A DNA stretch of 64,000 nucleotides from the NCBI GenBank assembly GCA_030324005.1, contig JARDVH010000193.1, positions 84,994,457 through 85,058,456 on the forward strand, given 5' to 3'. Positions within the stretch are counted from its first letter, which is position 1; each line of letters begins with the position of its first letter. This DNA comes from Negaprion brevirostris (Eukaryota). A program made the position numbers and the translations under genes. Of the stretch, positions 1 to 13,849 are shown one piece after another. The notes under the pieces were generated by a model, which worked only from the letters and a program-made list of their open reading frames with translations, was not told the DNA's origin and did not search any database.

Positions 1-885
1 ATCCTTGACTGGCCCTAACTTCACCCTGGTCATTCTTTTCTTTCTCACATAAGAGTAAAAAGCCTCAGGATTTTCCTTTATCCAACCTGCCAAGGACTTC
101 TCCTGCCCCTTCCTAGCTCTCCAAAGCCCTTTTTTTAACTCATTTCTTGCTAACTTGTAACCGTCAAGCGACCCAACTGAACCTTGTTTTTTCATTCTTA
201 CATACGCTTCCTTTTTCCTCTTGACAAGACATTCAACCTCCTTTGTAAACCATGGTTCCCTCACTCATCCATTTCCTCCCTGCCTGCCAGGGACATACCT
301 ATCAAGAACATGCAGTATTTGTTCCTTGAAAAAGCTCCACTTTTCATTTGTGCCCATACCGGACAGTTTCTGTTCCCATCTTATGCTCCCTAATTCTTGT
401 CTAATCGCATCATAATTACCCCTGCCCCAATTATAAACCTTGCCCTGCTGTGTGACCTTATCCCTCTCCATTGCAATAATGAAAGACACTGAATTGTGGT
501 CACTGTCTCCAAAGTACTGTCCCACAAAACAAATGTAACACTTGGCCCGGTTCATTATCCAGTACCAAGTCCAATGTGGCCCCACCTCTTGTCCACATAT
601 TGTGTCAGGAAACCCTCCTGCACACGCTGTACAAGAAATATCCCATCCAAACTATTCAGATAAAGGTTCTAATCAATATTTGGAAAGTTAAAGTCACCCA
701 TGATAACTGTCCTGTGACCACCATACCTATCCATAATCTGCTTTGCCATTTCCTCCTCCACATCTCTATTCCTATTTGGAGGCCTATAGAAAATTCCTAG
801 CAATGTGACTGCTCCTTTCCTATTTCTAGCTTCAGCCCATATTACCTCAGTAGGCAGATCGCCCTCAATGGGGGAAGCACACTTA
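1..885 (-). mobile_element. CR1-clade LINE ORF2 fragment (apurinic-like endonuclease region), frameshifted, continues off the window start
   Basis: Minus-strand ORFs 669-890 (EVIWAE..TLLGIFYRPPN..VIMGDFNFPNID) and 265-585 (GDSDHNSVSF, YNWGRGNYDAIRQEL) contain the CR1 endonuclease motifs YRPP, GDFN and SDH. Confidence 0.9.
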
Positions 886-1044
886 TGCAAGTGGAGTCTG
901 TGACAGAATCCTGCTTTAAGTGTCCTGAATAAAACATATTAGTCTCAAATCAAATCAGCTTCACAGAGGACATATTTTCTTTAATGAGGACATGGAGATA
1001 GTTGATGTGCAAAACAAAAATGAAGAGCTGCAATTAAGGGGAAG

Positions 1045-1370
1045 TGGAATGGGCAGAATGTTTTTACTCTGTGCCTAGTCCTTGATATATCTGACCTGAG
1101 AATCCTTAATGGGGCAATGTGGACAGAACTTGACTCAATTTATAACCCAGATAACAATTGCACAATTAATGCTTGTTAAAGCAATATAGAAGGATGACAC
1201 AGAGTGAAAAGATCTTTATGCTTCTCATATCCTGTAACTCTGGAATGTTTGTTGGGACAGTATCAGATGCCTATCTCTGCCCATGCCATATTTGACCTGA
1301 GCATGCTCTGGATTGAGATTTACTTTCCATCTAGCTTGTGAGATACATGACCTGAGTACATATGGTACTA
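1045..1370. repeat. Highly degenerate ~55-65 bp minisatellite-like repeat
   Basis: tgacctgag recurs at 1092, 1293 and 1348, together with ggacag, tttact and ctag/ctaac-like pieces in the same order. Confidence 0.45.
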
Positions 1371-1941
1371 ACAACGTTAAGTAGATAATGTTTCATTTCT
1401 TTTTGTTGATGGTCTCTTTTGGAAATTTAGGTATTTGTAATGAATAGTAATGATTTTTTCACTGTTGCAAGTGCAGAGAAAGTAGGAACAGAAAATCCAC
1501 ATAGAATAATCAGATCATCTTGACTGTGGTAATAGACATTTAGTCTGTTTACATGTCTTACGTTAATCATAAATTCTGCTTTAATGGCTCATACTTTTAA
1601 AGTGATTTAAGATGGTAGCTGCATGACTCAGTTTTTCCCCCAACACTGGCTCATGTAGATTGCTCTGGAGTAAAACAGCAGCAGCATTTGCCAGGTAGGA
1701 ATTAGATTAGTGCCCACCTGGATATCTGTATGCCAGAATACATGCTTGTAATCACATTAACATTCCAGGCTCCTGCTTGCCAAGGTGTTTTCATGCCAGA
1801 GATGCAGTTCATGAGTAACATCCTGGTCCTGAGGCACCAGGAGATTGGTGACAACCTTGCAGTCAATAGCAAAGATAAATTGCAGAAGAATGATTAATCA
1901 TTTCAAAAGAATAAAGTCATTATATTTTCATACAACTCTAT

Positions 1942-2812
1942 GGGGGCAAGCTTACAAAAAAATTCTAAGTGCTGAATGAGCATGAAAACAGGAAAGTTTC
2001 AGACCCATTTTTTCAGTGAGAAAAAATTCAAATCATAAGAGAAAACAAATGAGGCAAAGTATGATTCTCACCAGTAGGGGGAGTGAGCAGAGTCCATTCA
2101 TGTTGGAAAGCTAGCTAATGATTGCTAGTTTGCACCATTGCGCATACGTCTGATCTCCCAATGAACTAATGCACTGGGAGATATCTCACTCGCCCACCCT
2201 CCCGGACATTGCACTCCCACCACCCCGATCACGGCCACGCCCGCCCGCCCGCCCGCCCGCCCGCCCCACTGAACATCCTCCCCCATTCACCTCTCCTTGA
2301 TTGATCACCAACCCAGCAATTCCCCAAAGCAGTGCAGCTTCCCATGCACTGCTTCCCCTTGGGCCCTTCCTCCTCCCTTTAGGCCCCATCCATTGGCATT
2401 GTTTGGTGGAAAGTGTCAGGGTGACTGGCAAGCAATGCCAGGGTGCCTGGTGGGCCGTTCCAAGGTGTGTTAGACTGGCACAGTCCCCCCCACAGCCGAC
2501 CACACAGGGGCCCCAGTGGCCTCCAGTCCTACTAGAGAGGCCATCAAGTCTGGTCCTCCCTGGTGAGGATCTCCACCTGCAAGGCCGTTAAGGCAAGTGA
2601 CCCGGGCGATTGCGTCCGGGTCTCACTGATAATATTAAAATTAGATTTTAAATATTCAGATCAGCCTCACACCCTTCCTGGGTGGACAGCTGATCATGCC
2701 GCCAGATCGGGGCTGGTAAAATGCAAGTAACCANNNNNNTTTTTGCCTCTCTCATGATCTTACTGGCTCGTCACCCTGATCGACTGGTGTGATGAGCAAG
2801 TAAGATCACCTC
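1942..2812. mobile_element. GC-rich non-autonomous DNA transposon (MITE), PIF/Harbinger-like
   Basis: Imperfect TIRs gggggcaagcttac ... gtaagatcacctc with tat on both flanks (possible 3-bp TSD). The interior is GC-rich with (CCCG)n at ~2240-2265, and related segments occur at 37.8-38.3 kb and 54.3-55.0 kb. Confidence 0.65.
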
Positions 2813-2949
2813 TATGTCTTTCAATCTTCCTTACTATTATATTCCACCTGCCTTTTGCCTATGATGATATTAAAAATCCTAGATATAAAAAGACCACTTT
2901 AATCTTCCACCATCCTGGTAGTCACATGATAGAATTAAGTTGTTGACTA

Positions 2950-3290
2950 ATCATAGAATCGCTACAGTGCAGAAGGAGGCCATTCAGCCCATCGAGTCTG
3001 CACAGACAACAAACCCACCCATGCCCTTTCCCCGTTACCCCACACATTTACCCCACTAATCCCTCTAATCTATGCATCCTGGGAAACTAAGAGGCAAATA
3101 AGCATGGCCAATGCAACATAACCTGCACATTTTTGGACTGTGGGAGGAAAGTAGAGTACCCAGAGGAAACCCACGCAGACACGAGGAGAATGTGCAGACT
3201 CCACACAGACAGTGACCCAAGCCAGGAATCCAAACCAGTTCCCAGGAGCTGTGAGGCAGCAGAGCTAACCACTGTGTCACCATGCTGCCT
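2950..3290 (-). mobile_element. tRNA-derived SINE, HE1-like (CR1/HER1-type tail)
   Basis: The reverse strand reads cacagtggttagc..gcctcacag..ggtttggattcc (Pol III A/B boxes) and ends in a ..gggctgaatggcctccttctgcactgtag..ttctatga tail. Confidence 0.85.
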
Positions 3291-3668
3291 GTGATTATAC
3301 TGAACAAACTCTATCAATTAGTCTACAACAAAACCAGACCTGACACAAGCAAGACACCACTGGTGGAAATGCTCTGGAAACTAAAAGTCATATGTTCTTT
3401 CCAATGATGTTACACTTAGCACATTTCATTTTCTTTCAATTACTCAGGTACAGAATCCCAATTTTTTTAGGAAGATTTCTACGCATTTAATGTAGTTGTT
3501 TCTGGATAGATTGTCAGAAAGCAAGTAGCTCAATCCAATGTGTAAGCCCATCTGTCGGTCACTAAGTANNNNNNNNNNNNNNNNNNNNNNNNNNNNNNNN
3601 NNNNNNNNNNNNNNNNNNNNNNNNNNNNNNNNNNNNNNNNNNNNNNNNNNNNNNNNNNNNNNNNNNNN

Positions 3669-4155
3669 CAAGAAGGTTTACCAGGCTGATTCCTGGGATG
3701 GCAAGTCTGTCATATGAGGAGAGACTAAATTGGTTAGGATTATAGTCACTGGAGTTCAGAAGAGTGAGAGGGGATCTCATAGAAATTTATAAAATTCTAA
3801 TGGGGTTAGACACGGTAGATTCAGAAAGAACATTCCCAATGATGGGGTAGTCCAGAACTAGGGGTCATGGCTTGAGAATAAGAGATAAACCTTTTAGAAC
3901 TGATGTGGAGGAGAAATTTCTTCAACCAGAGTGTGGTGAACATTTAGAATTCACTACCACAAAATGTAATTGAGGCTAAAACGTTGTCTGATTTCAAGAA
4001 GAAATGAGATATAGCTCTTGGAGCTAAAGGGCTCAAGGAATATGGGGGGAAGGAGGGATCAGGATATTGGAATCGTTGATCAGCCATGATCAAAATGAAT
4101 GGCAGAGCAGGCTCGAAGGGCTGAATGGCCTACTCTTGCTTTTAATTTCTATCGA
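3669..4155 (+). mobile_element. CR1 LINE 3' fragment
   Basis: RT C-terminal stretch agaagagtgagaggggatctcatagaa, then a 3' UTR ending gaatggcctactcttgct..tttctat. Confidence 0.85.
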
Positions 4156-6544
4156 TGTTTCTTTAAGGCTATTTACTTTGCTTTTACCTTATCATCTACA
4201 TGTTCCGAAAGAAAAACAGCCTTGACCTCACACATCATTTCTTAACTCGCTTTCACTTCGCTCTGATTAATTTTCTAATTGAGATGTCCTGCATTCTAGA
4301 AGTTGTTAAATTTTCCAGTTTTTCAGTAAAAAAATAAATTTCTGCCAGTTTGCAGCAGGAACATCATATTTACTTGCTTGGTTCCAACATCTTGTCTTGA
4401 GCTTCCATATAATTCCTTAGCAATGAGATGGCGTGATGATTCAAAACTGTTCGCCCACTTCAACTTCCACGGAGTTCCCTGTTGACTATTCATGCATCAG
4501 TTTAGGATAGGTTCAGGTTGAACTGTATTCCTCCAGTGAGCTGATAAGAGACTGGTCACTGCCACATTTTTGCTTGTTCTAAACTGCAATTGTGGTTTGT
4601 ATTGAAAGGATGAGTTGAATTTATAGTGTAGAGCTGAAGGTCGTTCTCTTGATAAAGCTATCGCACTACAGAGCTCTGTTGATTTATAGTAAGTAGTGAG
4701 TCCATGTGTGTATTAGGCTGCTTGCAAATTCTATCCACCAACATCTCAGTGTTTTAAACTATTCAATCGCCCTTTTATAATGTGATGCTTGCATTCTATT
4801 CTGGAAAGTAGAGGTCGAGCTTTAGGTCCATTGTTGAGGTATTTATCATTTTTAGACCCTTTGTAGTGGTATTAATCACCTTTACATCTAAAACTGTGTG
4901 TGAACAAAAACATTCATATCAACTCTGCATACTGGTAATTCATTTAGAAATGCACTGACTGAATGACAAATAGATTTCTGGGTTTGCCCAAGTTGATGAA
5001 TGGTTCAGATCTGAACACCCAATATAATGACTGAGTCCACAAGCACCTGTTTTCCAGAACAGTTTGTGAAAAATACATCTGTCCGAGGATTTCTACAGAA
5101 TGAAATCTGGCATTACAACTGATTAGTTTGCAATGAACTGTATATGGCTGTAAAGTGACAATTAAATGTTTTTTTTCAAAGGTTCAGTTATTTTCTGACA
5201 TTAGACTGCTCTGAAGTCATCCTTTAAACTTTGTGTTGCCTTGATCTAACAGAGAACTACTTTCATCAATTCAAGTGAAGTAATTCATCCATTATCAGAC
5301 AGAATTACAGAGATGCACAGAGACAAATGGACACATTCTTATAGCACTGGTGAGTACAACTTCTTTCAGGACTCTCTGAGGACCAATTTCCAATATTGGT
5401 ACTTCAGCTTGTTTAATCATTCATTACACAACTGCAACTAGCACAACAATAAACAATTCACTGTTATAAAATATTAACAAGCATTACCTCTGCCTGAAGG
5501 CACTTCCTAATATGGCCAAAAATACTTCAAATTCAGTTTACGTGCAATTCAGCCTAAATTTTCCATCCTTTAATTTATGTAAAAATGATGAAATGAGCAG
5601 AAAATACACAAATAAGTGATTCCTTTACAATAGTCACCATATGAAAGCCATCACAAAGGGAAGAAAAAGGGATTACACATTTGAATATAGTTTGAGATCA
5701 ATGCTGTTAGTGACAGTAAGTATCTAGAGTTATTAAGGGCCTCAATAACACAGAAGAAGATAGATTGGTTGAGGTGAGAGAACTCAAGACATTTAAAATC
5801 GAGGAAGCAGAGAGTGAGATTAGATATTGGAAGTTTCACTTTTCTGAGAGGGTGATTAATCTGTGGAACAGGATATTGAAAATGGTCATGAGGACTGACT
5901 CCTTGCAGTCCCTCAAGAAGTCGTAGGCATATTTTTGAACAGACACATAATCATTCCAGAAACAGATTAAAATTCCAAGGAAACAAATAATAGGCTTGAG
6001 ACTTCCTGGTTCCTGTCCGCGAGACTAGAGATTTCCTTTTTTGACCGAGGATTCCTGAACTGGTGACAGTTTTTTGGCATGCCTTAGAGATGAGGAGAAG
6101 AAAGGCAGGTGTGTGGATGAATGTTTATGGCCAGGAAAAATACATGTTGCAAGCACAAATGGGCCTGCTAGCTTTGTCTCGTCGTAAGTTCACAGCATAG
6201 TTATAATGTGATGAAAATTGAGATTTTGCACATGTATCAAGTATGTCTTTTCCAGAGTGATCCATAATACTTTGTTGATGACCAGTTACTAACATTTGCA
6301 TCCTAACATTACCACACAGGTCGAGAAACATCTATTAATTAATCTATGAATTAAAACACACTTTCCTTGGTAAATTCAATTGGGCTATGTGGCAAAATTG
6401 AATTCCTCTTCACTCCATTCCCTGGTTCACTGAAGCGAGAGAAAGAAAATTGTGACCAACTTGTAGCACAATTTTGTGATAAATAATTTTGCTACTGAGG
6501 TCAGGCAAAGGGAAAAATTCTGTCACAGAGGTCTTTTAAATTTA

Positions 6545-7400
6545 ATTCATTCTCTGGCAAGGCCAGAATTCATTGTCCATTCCCAATTATCTCGAGAAGT
6601 TGGTAGTGAGCCACCATCTTGAATCAATATAGTCCATGTGGTGAAGATACTCCCACAGTGCTGTTAGGAAGGAAGTTTCAAGATTTTGGCCCAGCATCAG
6701 TGAAGGAACATTAATATATATCCATGTTAGGATGCTGGGTTGCTTGGAAGAGAGCCTTTTTCTTTGAGTGCTCCAGGTTTTGGGAGGTGCTGTCAAAGTA
6801 ACTTTGATGATCTGCTGCAGTGTATCTTGGGAATTAAATACACAAATGCTCCCTTTAAGCTGTATGCAACTGCACGGCAACCCAAAAGCTCCCACACAAA
6901 TCCAGCGCATGTCAACACTGTAAGCTATCAAGAAGGACGAGAAATATCTGGACAATTTTCCATTTTGTTGAGTAGATGTTAGTGCTGCAGCCATAATGGC
7001 AGAATTTGTTCTATTGAACAAGATTTTAGCATTGTAGCCAAGGTGTTGTTGGGACCAATGGACTCTGCTGTTTCCAGTACGCTCAGCTGTTTCTTGATAC
7101 TACGTAGAGTGAAACAAATTAATTAATACAGGCTCTTCTTGGCATTGGTGACTTCAGGAATTGGCCAAGATGGATCATTCACTTAACACTTCAGGCAAAA
7201 GATAGTTGCAAAGCCTTCAGCCTTGTATCTTGCACTGATATGCAAGGCTTCATCATCCTTGATGATGAAGATGTTCATGGGGTATTGTCCTCCTATCATT
7301 TGTTTAATTGCCCACCACCATACACATCACTGGATGTGGCAGGGCAGCAGAACATTCCTGAGATCTATTTTGGGATCACTTGGTCCTGACTATGGTACGC
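6545..7400 (-). mobile_element. Decayed LINE (CR1/L2 group) with a tail shared by the copy at 56340-56445
   Basis: 6555-6625 is the reverse complement of a ..caccaccaccttctcaagggcaatt..gctggccttgcca type 3' end. Degenerate ORF2-like sequence follows. Confidence 0.6.
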
Positions 7401-8199
7401 TGCTTACTGTGAGTCATTGATCAAAATCCAAGCAGAAATTACTTTGTAGTGAGACTTAAACTGGAATCTAAAGGCAATCTAAGGTTTACTGAGAGTGACA
7501 TGCTATTGCACTTCTTTAAAGTGGATCAAACAAAACAGAAAATGCATGACTGATTGCAATGGCCTTACCCTCACTGTCATAAAGTCACCAAAAAGAGATA
7601 TCCACTTCATTTGTGGCAGTTTTGAACATTTGTGAACAATGAAAGAACACCGAGCTGAAAGATTTATTAAAAATGGATCAAATTTGATTAAATTTTGCAG
7701 TACTAGTGATGTATGTCTTTAATGTGCTTTGCTTCTTTGTCCGTCCCTCATGTGTCATCAACTCAGTGTTGGTTATTGTCTATATGCTGTTCAGCAGACC
7801 CTGATTAAGGACTTTTTGATGCTAGCTGGGTCAGCTTGAATTTAAGAAACTCTTCATTTCAGCATTATTTTTAAATCAACTAACCAACATGTGTAACCAT
7901 CCAGTTATTCACATTGCGCTACTGGAGCAACTAAAAGTGCACAATTCTCTCTTTCAACAAAAACCTACAAACCAGCACCTGGGCATCTGACAATAAAATG
8001 TGCAGTGCATTATCCAATAATTCTGAATGAAACACCTGCTCACTCCCTGAGTGTCACACTTCTAGATTTTTTGCACAGGAAGGATCATCACTGAAAGCCA
8101 ACATTCAGTCTCTCATGTCTCACCGGCTCTTGAGGAAAAGATATACAATTTGTCACATTCCTATTTTTTTTCAAATACTTCTGAAAAGTCCAGCAAGTT

Positions 8200-8620
8200 T
8201 ATAGAATCCCTATTGTTCAGAAGGAGGCCATTCGGTCCATTGTGTCTGCACCAACTCTCCGACAGAGCAAATTACTCAGGGTCACTGTCCGCCACATTCC
8301 CTTACCCCCATGCATTTACCCATTAATAACCCCAACCGCCTCAATTAGATCACTAGAACTGCTGAAGTACCTTCCTGGGGAAGTACCAGTAGCACCATGA
8401 AGGGTGATCCTGCTTTCCTTTACAAGCAGATATTCAATTTCCACGTGAAAGGTGCTCTAGACTCTCCTTTCACCACCTTTTCCGGTTTCCACCCACATTC
8501 TGAAAGACATGCTGAATTGATCCGAACAGGTGCCATAGTCTGGTGACTAGGGGAATTTCACAGTAACTTCACTGCAGTGTTAATGTAAGTCTTACTTGTG
8601 ACAAGTAAATAAACTTAAGT
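8200..8620. mobile_element. Two SINE fragments: HE1-like tail (-) at 8200-8330 and type-2 SINE 3' part (+) at ~8480-8620
   Basis: atagaatccc..gaaggaggccattcgg marks the minus-strand tail, and ..ttcacagtaacttcactgcagtgttaatgtaag..aataaact marks the plus-strand tail. Confidence 0.7.
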
Positions 8621-10124
8621 TGACTTTAAAAAATTACATCTGGGTTTGGGCAAGCTGTTCCATGGGAAGAATCACATTCATTCAATTTTATGCCCCAACC
8701 CAGGTCTTGGAACTCGCTCTGGGGAGCATAACATTCTGCCCATGGTGTAGGTTAGCAATGAAATTTTGATTGGCACATATGGAGGATTCCATTTTAACAC
8801 ACAAACATGGTTTCAGTTTAATTTCTTATCTGAAGATTGTTTCTGTTTAATTAGCTTGGTATTTGATACATGCAGCAACTCATCATCATGTTTGAATGTC
8901 TTAAATAAGCTACTAAGAAAATTGCACCTGTGGAATTTGTGTCTGTTGAACAGGGTGGCGAACTATAAAAACTTGTCAGCAGCTTCAAGTAAAGACTGGC
9001 ACGAGCCTCAAAAAGGGGACTGGTCAAGAACAGGGTTGATTTTTCAATGATTTGAACTGCTGTAACTTAAGCAATAGCTTCACATAATGGTCTTTCCTTA
9101 GACATGAAAGCCTGCAATAAAAATTCAGATGTTAACACAAAATTGGTATTTATTTAGAGTTATCTGGGATATATTCCCCTGGGACATTTTTTAACTTCCC
9201 CTGCAAAGTGGATCTTTCTGGTTAATCTTTGATCTTGATAACTTTGATCCTTCAGAATGGACAGATTCTTGATCTAAAAAGAGAGGAATGTGACATTTAC
9301 ATTTCTACCAGGTCAACCAAACTATTGCTTCCAACAAACTAGCATCAAAGCTCATTTTCCCACATCCAAACCACACCAGCTCGATTCACAAAAGAGTTCT
9401 TCCTCTCTGGACCCAATTCACAGAGATCCTGTATCACACTTACCCTTTCATAGAAACGTGCATCCTTTGTCAATCCTTCTTGTGCAGTTTTCCCTTTTCC
9501 TTTTAATTCAAGTCATTGATTTAGTCCTATAATTGTCATTTGAAGCTGTCACTCTTTTTCCATCCCTCTCAGTTATTGTGAGTGTTTTTCTCCCTTGCTT
9601 CCCTCAAGTTAATGCTACTTCCATACCTAAGTGCAAAATACCATTCCTGGCTTCCAATCTTTTCCTTCCACCTTTCCTTCTCTATTCCAACCTTTCTTCT
9701 ACCTAAGTACTTCTACCTAAACGCGCAAAATATCCCTTCATCGAGGTGCACCCAACTTTGTCCAAATCTAGCAAGATTGCACATATGTTGTCAGAGTTAA
9801 GGTTTAGGAACTTCTCAAATGCCTAGAGTAACAGTAGTAAACCATGTAATTTACTTGTGCAAGCACTAGTAAGCCTTTACTCTGTCCAGTTAGGACTTTA
9901 AATTTACAGATTATATAAAGCAAGTGGGAGGGTTTTAGCTCACAGTGACAGATCTATCTTTGTAGTTTCTGTCAATGAGCTAATCTCACCGATAAACCAT
10001 CAACCCTGGAGTACTGTAGATCTGCCTGGTTCAGGCACTGACTGAATTTGACATATTAAGTTGAATTAATTCTGAACTTCCGTCAACAGGTTATCATTTT
10101 GAGGTATTTTGACCCAAAAGGGAT

Positions 10125-10750
10125 CAAAGAACATGATCATGGGAATCTAGGAGCAGAAGTGGGCCATTTGGCCTATCGCATCTATCCCACCATTTAATTA
10201 GATCATGACTGATCATCTACCTCAATTACACTTCCCTGTATTATCCCCATATCCCTTAATATTTTTAATATCCAGAAATCTATTGATTTCTATCTTGAAC
10301 ATGCTCAATGATTGAACTTCCACAGCCCTCTGGGGTAGAGAGTTCCGAAAGTCCATCCTCATGTCAGTCTTAATTGGCCTGTACTTTAATTTGAGATTAC
10401 GTCCCCTGGTTCTTGATTCACCAGTCAGGAAAAACATTCTATCTACATTTACCCTGTCATGCCTTGTAAGAATTTTGTAAGTTTCAGTGAGATCACCTCT
10501 CAATCTTTGAAATTTGAGAGAATACAGGCCTATAATCTCTAAGGTAGGGACATGTTCGACATAACTTTGTGGGCCAAAGGGCCTGTATTATGCTGTAGTT
10601 TTTCTATGTTTCTATGTTTCTTATGTCCTCAATCTCTGCTCATAAAATAATCCTGTCATTCCAGGGATTAATCTGCTGAATCTCTGTTGAACTCCCTCTA
10701 TGGCAAATAAATCCTTATTTAGATAAGGAGGTACCAGGTGTTCCTCACCA
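10125..10750 (-). mobile_element. CR1 LINE 3' fragment with a nested + strand CR1 tail (~10540-10622)
   Basis: ORF 10222-10503 reads RGDLTETYKIL..ESRTRG..NSLPQRAVE. The insert ends gggccaaagggcctg..ttctatgtttctatgtttc. Confidence 0.85.
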
Positions 10751-11819
10751 GGTAGCACAGCAAGCAGCACAGCTGACCAAAAACTCATTATGAACAGTGA
10801 CTATGCGCCAAAAAAATGAATACCTATCAGATATGTAGCTTCAACAGCAGTTACTTGCCTCCCAACAATTCAATCACATTAAGCAACAGCAGCTGCATGA
10901 GTAAGCATGCATTCTCATACCTGCCTATGCAATAGAGCACTGACAACTAATGTGCCTCTCCTGCTTTCTGGCAGATGCAGTACACTGGAGGGCAACTTTA
11001 TTATTTATATGGCATTTATCATTACATCTTTTGTGGCCCTGAGAAATGGAGGAAAATGGTACTCAGAGTTACCTATGTGGAATGGAGACAACCATAGACG
11101 AGATTTGGTAGCAACAGGCAGGATTTTCATTTCCCTGAAAAAAATTACTGATATCTTTCACCGATCACCAGATTAATTGAATTCAGTTTGAATTTTGAAT
11201 GTGTTATGCCAGTCCAATATTTTAACCATTACATTACCATATCTGGGTGATTTTTGAACCCACAGCCCTCTGAGTTAGAGGCTAGATTTCTACCAACTAA
11301 ATTCAACTTGACAAACGCATTCACAAATATCTGCACTGGTTTGTGACTCTGGTAAAATTTTAAGCCATTTCTTTTCAAACTGTTTTACAGTTTTGCTAGA
11401 AATACACCGGAAGAATTTTTCACAAATGAGTTTCCAATGTTGTTAAACATAACAACAAAAGCCATTCGTTCATTGACTTATTACAATATAAGTTCCAAGC
11501 AGTCTCTATGATCAAGGATAATCCTTTTAAGAAAACCGTTAAATTGATCCCTGACTTTTTAAAACTTCTGCTCATTGCAAATAAATCAAACTTCAGTAAA
11601 TCTGTAGAGATAAAGAATATATTTAATTTGATACCACTTACAGTGACAGGATGGCAGGGGTAACTATTGATCTGCTGGAAGGTGTGTGTTAGGATATAAT
11701 CATTGGGGTCAACATTAACAAGAGAGACTGGAGGAAGAAAAGAGCTGAAGCACCTGGTGGGAAAAAGGTTCGGCTGAATTGATGCTGAATGCTGGGCAAT
11801 GGAATGGAAGTCTACTGAG

Positions 11820-11861
11820 TGTTTGAGGGGAGAAGGCAGCTTGTTTGAGGGGAGAAGGCAG
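11820..11861. repeat. Direct 20-bp duplication (period 22)
   Basis: tgtttgaggggagaaggcag occurs at 11820-11839 and 11842-11861. Confidence 0.9.
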
Positions 11862-13231
11862 TGTGAATTGGGCTGTAGAGTGGGAATAAAATATTACAGG
11901 GCTGCAGTGGAGGAAGTATGGAGTTTTTGGTTAGCCTAAATGCAAAGGATAGTTTTGTGATCAATGACAGACTATGGAGAATACGTTACTGGGAAGCAGA
12001 TGACTAATTTGTTGTTGTCTAATAATATATACATAATTGCTACGTGCACTTTAAATGCTGAATATTCAGCGGGTCTCTATGCAACATAAATAAAGGCCTC
12101 ATAACTTAATGTATAATCAATGTAGAATGCTAAAGATTTTCTTTTGATTTTTTTCAAACTAAATTCTGTCACAAAGCAAAATGTTTTCACTTATTCAGTG
12201 GCAAAGTTCAGAATTATTTGAAGATGTAATCATTTATTCTTTCAGCTCCACCCCTGTGGGAAGGAGTTTTAAAAACAGCCAAACAGCTGTGTGGCAGGCA
12301 GCGGTGGAGATAAAGGTTATTTCCACATGTGGTTTTATGGCACAGATTTAAATTTTGTAATCTCGACATTGCAAGCTACTTATTCATAATCTGATTGATG
12401 GAAGATTAACCTTAAGGTCATTGTATTTATTAAAAATGACTTTTGGTTTGGAATTGCATCATATTCCAGTTAACATTTACATATTTCTTTTTAATTACTT
12501 TATTTTCGGGACTGGAATTATCTCCTCTCATAGTTTATGTCAAACTCACTAGCTTGGAATTTAATTATTCATTGACGCCAGAATTACTGGACCTCAGAAC
12601 CAGACACATCTTCCAAAACGTTAGATACAAGGTCAAACGCTATCTGTGGAAATAATGTAAGGAGAAGATTCAATGCAATGAGTTGTACTGTCTCAGAGCA
12701 AATGGTTAGTCCCAGTCTTTTTGCGTTAGTCTGGCAGATCCAACAATCCCACTCTCTTTGGGTCAGTTCACACATTCAGTTTCTTTTGTAGCCCAATTCC
12801 TCATCTCTCTTGACAGATTCAAACATTTTAATCTCTGTGCATAGTTTTCGGTCACAATATTGGTTTCATTTTTTCAGTCCCAGTCTCTTTGATTAGATTC
12901 CACACCCCAGACATATTTAGACAGAACCCACAGTTTTATTTTCCTGGGATGTTTTGTACTGTTCCAGTTTCTTTTACCGTATCCACTGTCCTAGTCTCTT
13001 AGAAACAATCTCCACAATTACTGTCTTTTCAGATGGATCCAGCAATCCTAATATCATTGGACAGTTTGTTCGGCCTTGGTCTTTTTGGATAAATCCCATG
13101 ATTCCAAACTTGTAGATGGATCTGAAAGTCCAAATGTATCTATTTACAATTTCCATAGTTTATTCATCAGGATCAGAAGAAAAGGTGTGCGTTGTTGTGT
13201 CTACAGATATGATGTATTTGTTAAATACATA

Positions 13232-13523
13232 GGATGGCACGGTAACACAGTGATTAGCATAGCTGTCTCACAGTACCAGAGACCCAGGTTCGATTCCTGG
13301 CTTGGGTCACTGTGCAGAGTTTGCATGTTCTCCCTGTGTCAGCGTGGGTGTCCTCCGGATGCTCCGGTTTTGTCCCACAGTCCGGAAGACGTGCTGGTTA
13401 GGTGAATTGGCCATATTAAGTGTACCCGAATGGGCGCTGGAGTGTGGCAACTAGGAAATTTTCACAGTAACTTGCAGTGTTAATGTAAGCCTACTTGTGA
13501 CTAATAAATAAACTTTAAACTTT
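13232..13523 (+). mobile_element. tRNA-derived SINE, type-2 tail (ends ..cctacttgtgactaataaataaacttt)
   Basis: A/B-box head (cagtgattagca; ggttcgattcc) and the distinctive AATAAA-containing tail. Confidence 0.85.
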
Positions 13524-13849
13524 ACATAGAGTAATTATGTAGAAGAAGGTTATAGCGTGGTAGATAGCCTTCGTTCCTTTCCTAATTCTCTCTATCTTCC
13601 TCTCCTCCTTAAAACCCATTTCTGACTAAGCTTTCACTAACTCTCCTAACATTGCCTCCTTTGGTATGGTTTCCATTATTTTTGATTGGGCCTCTATGAA
13701 GCACTGAGATTTTTTTCTACATGTTGGTGCTATACAAATGTAAGTTGGTTGTGCCTTTAAGCTTGGAAAGCTGGGCAAGTTTAACAACTATGATAATTTT
13801 GTCTAATTCGGTATAAAAATAGTTGTGGCAATTTTGTTATAAGGGTAAG

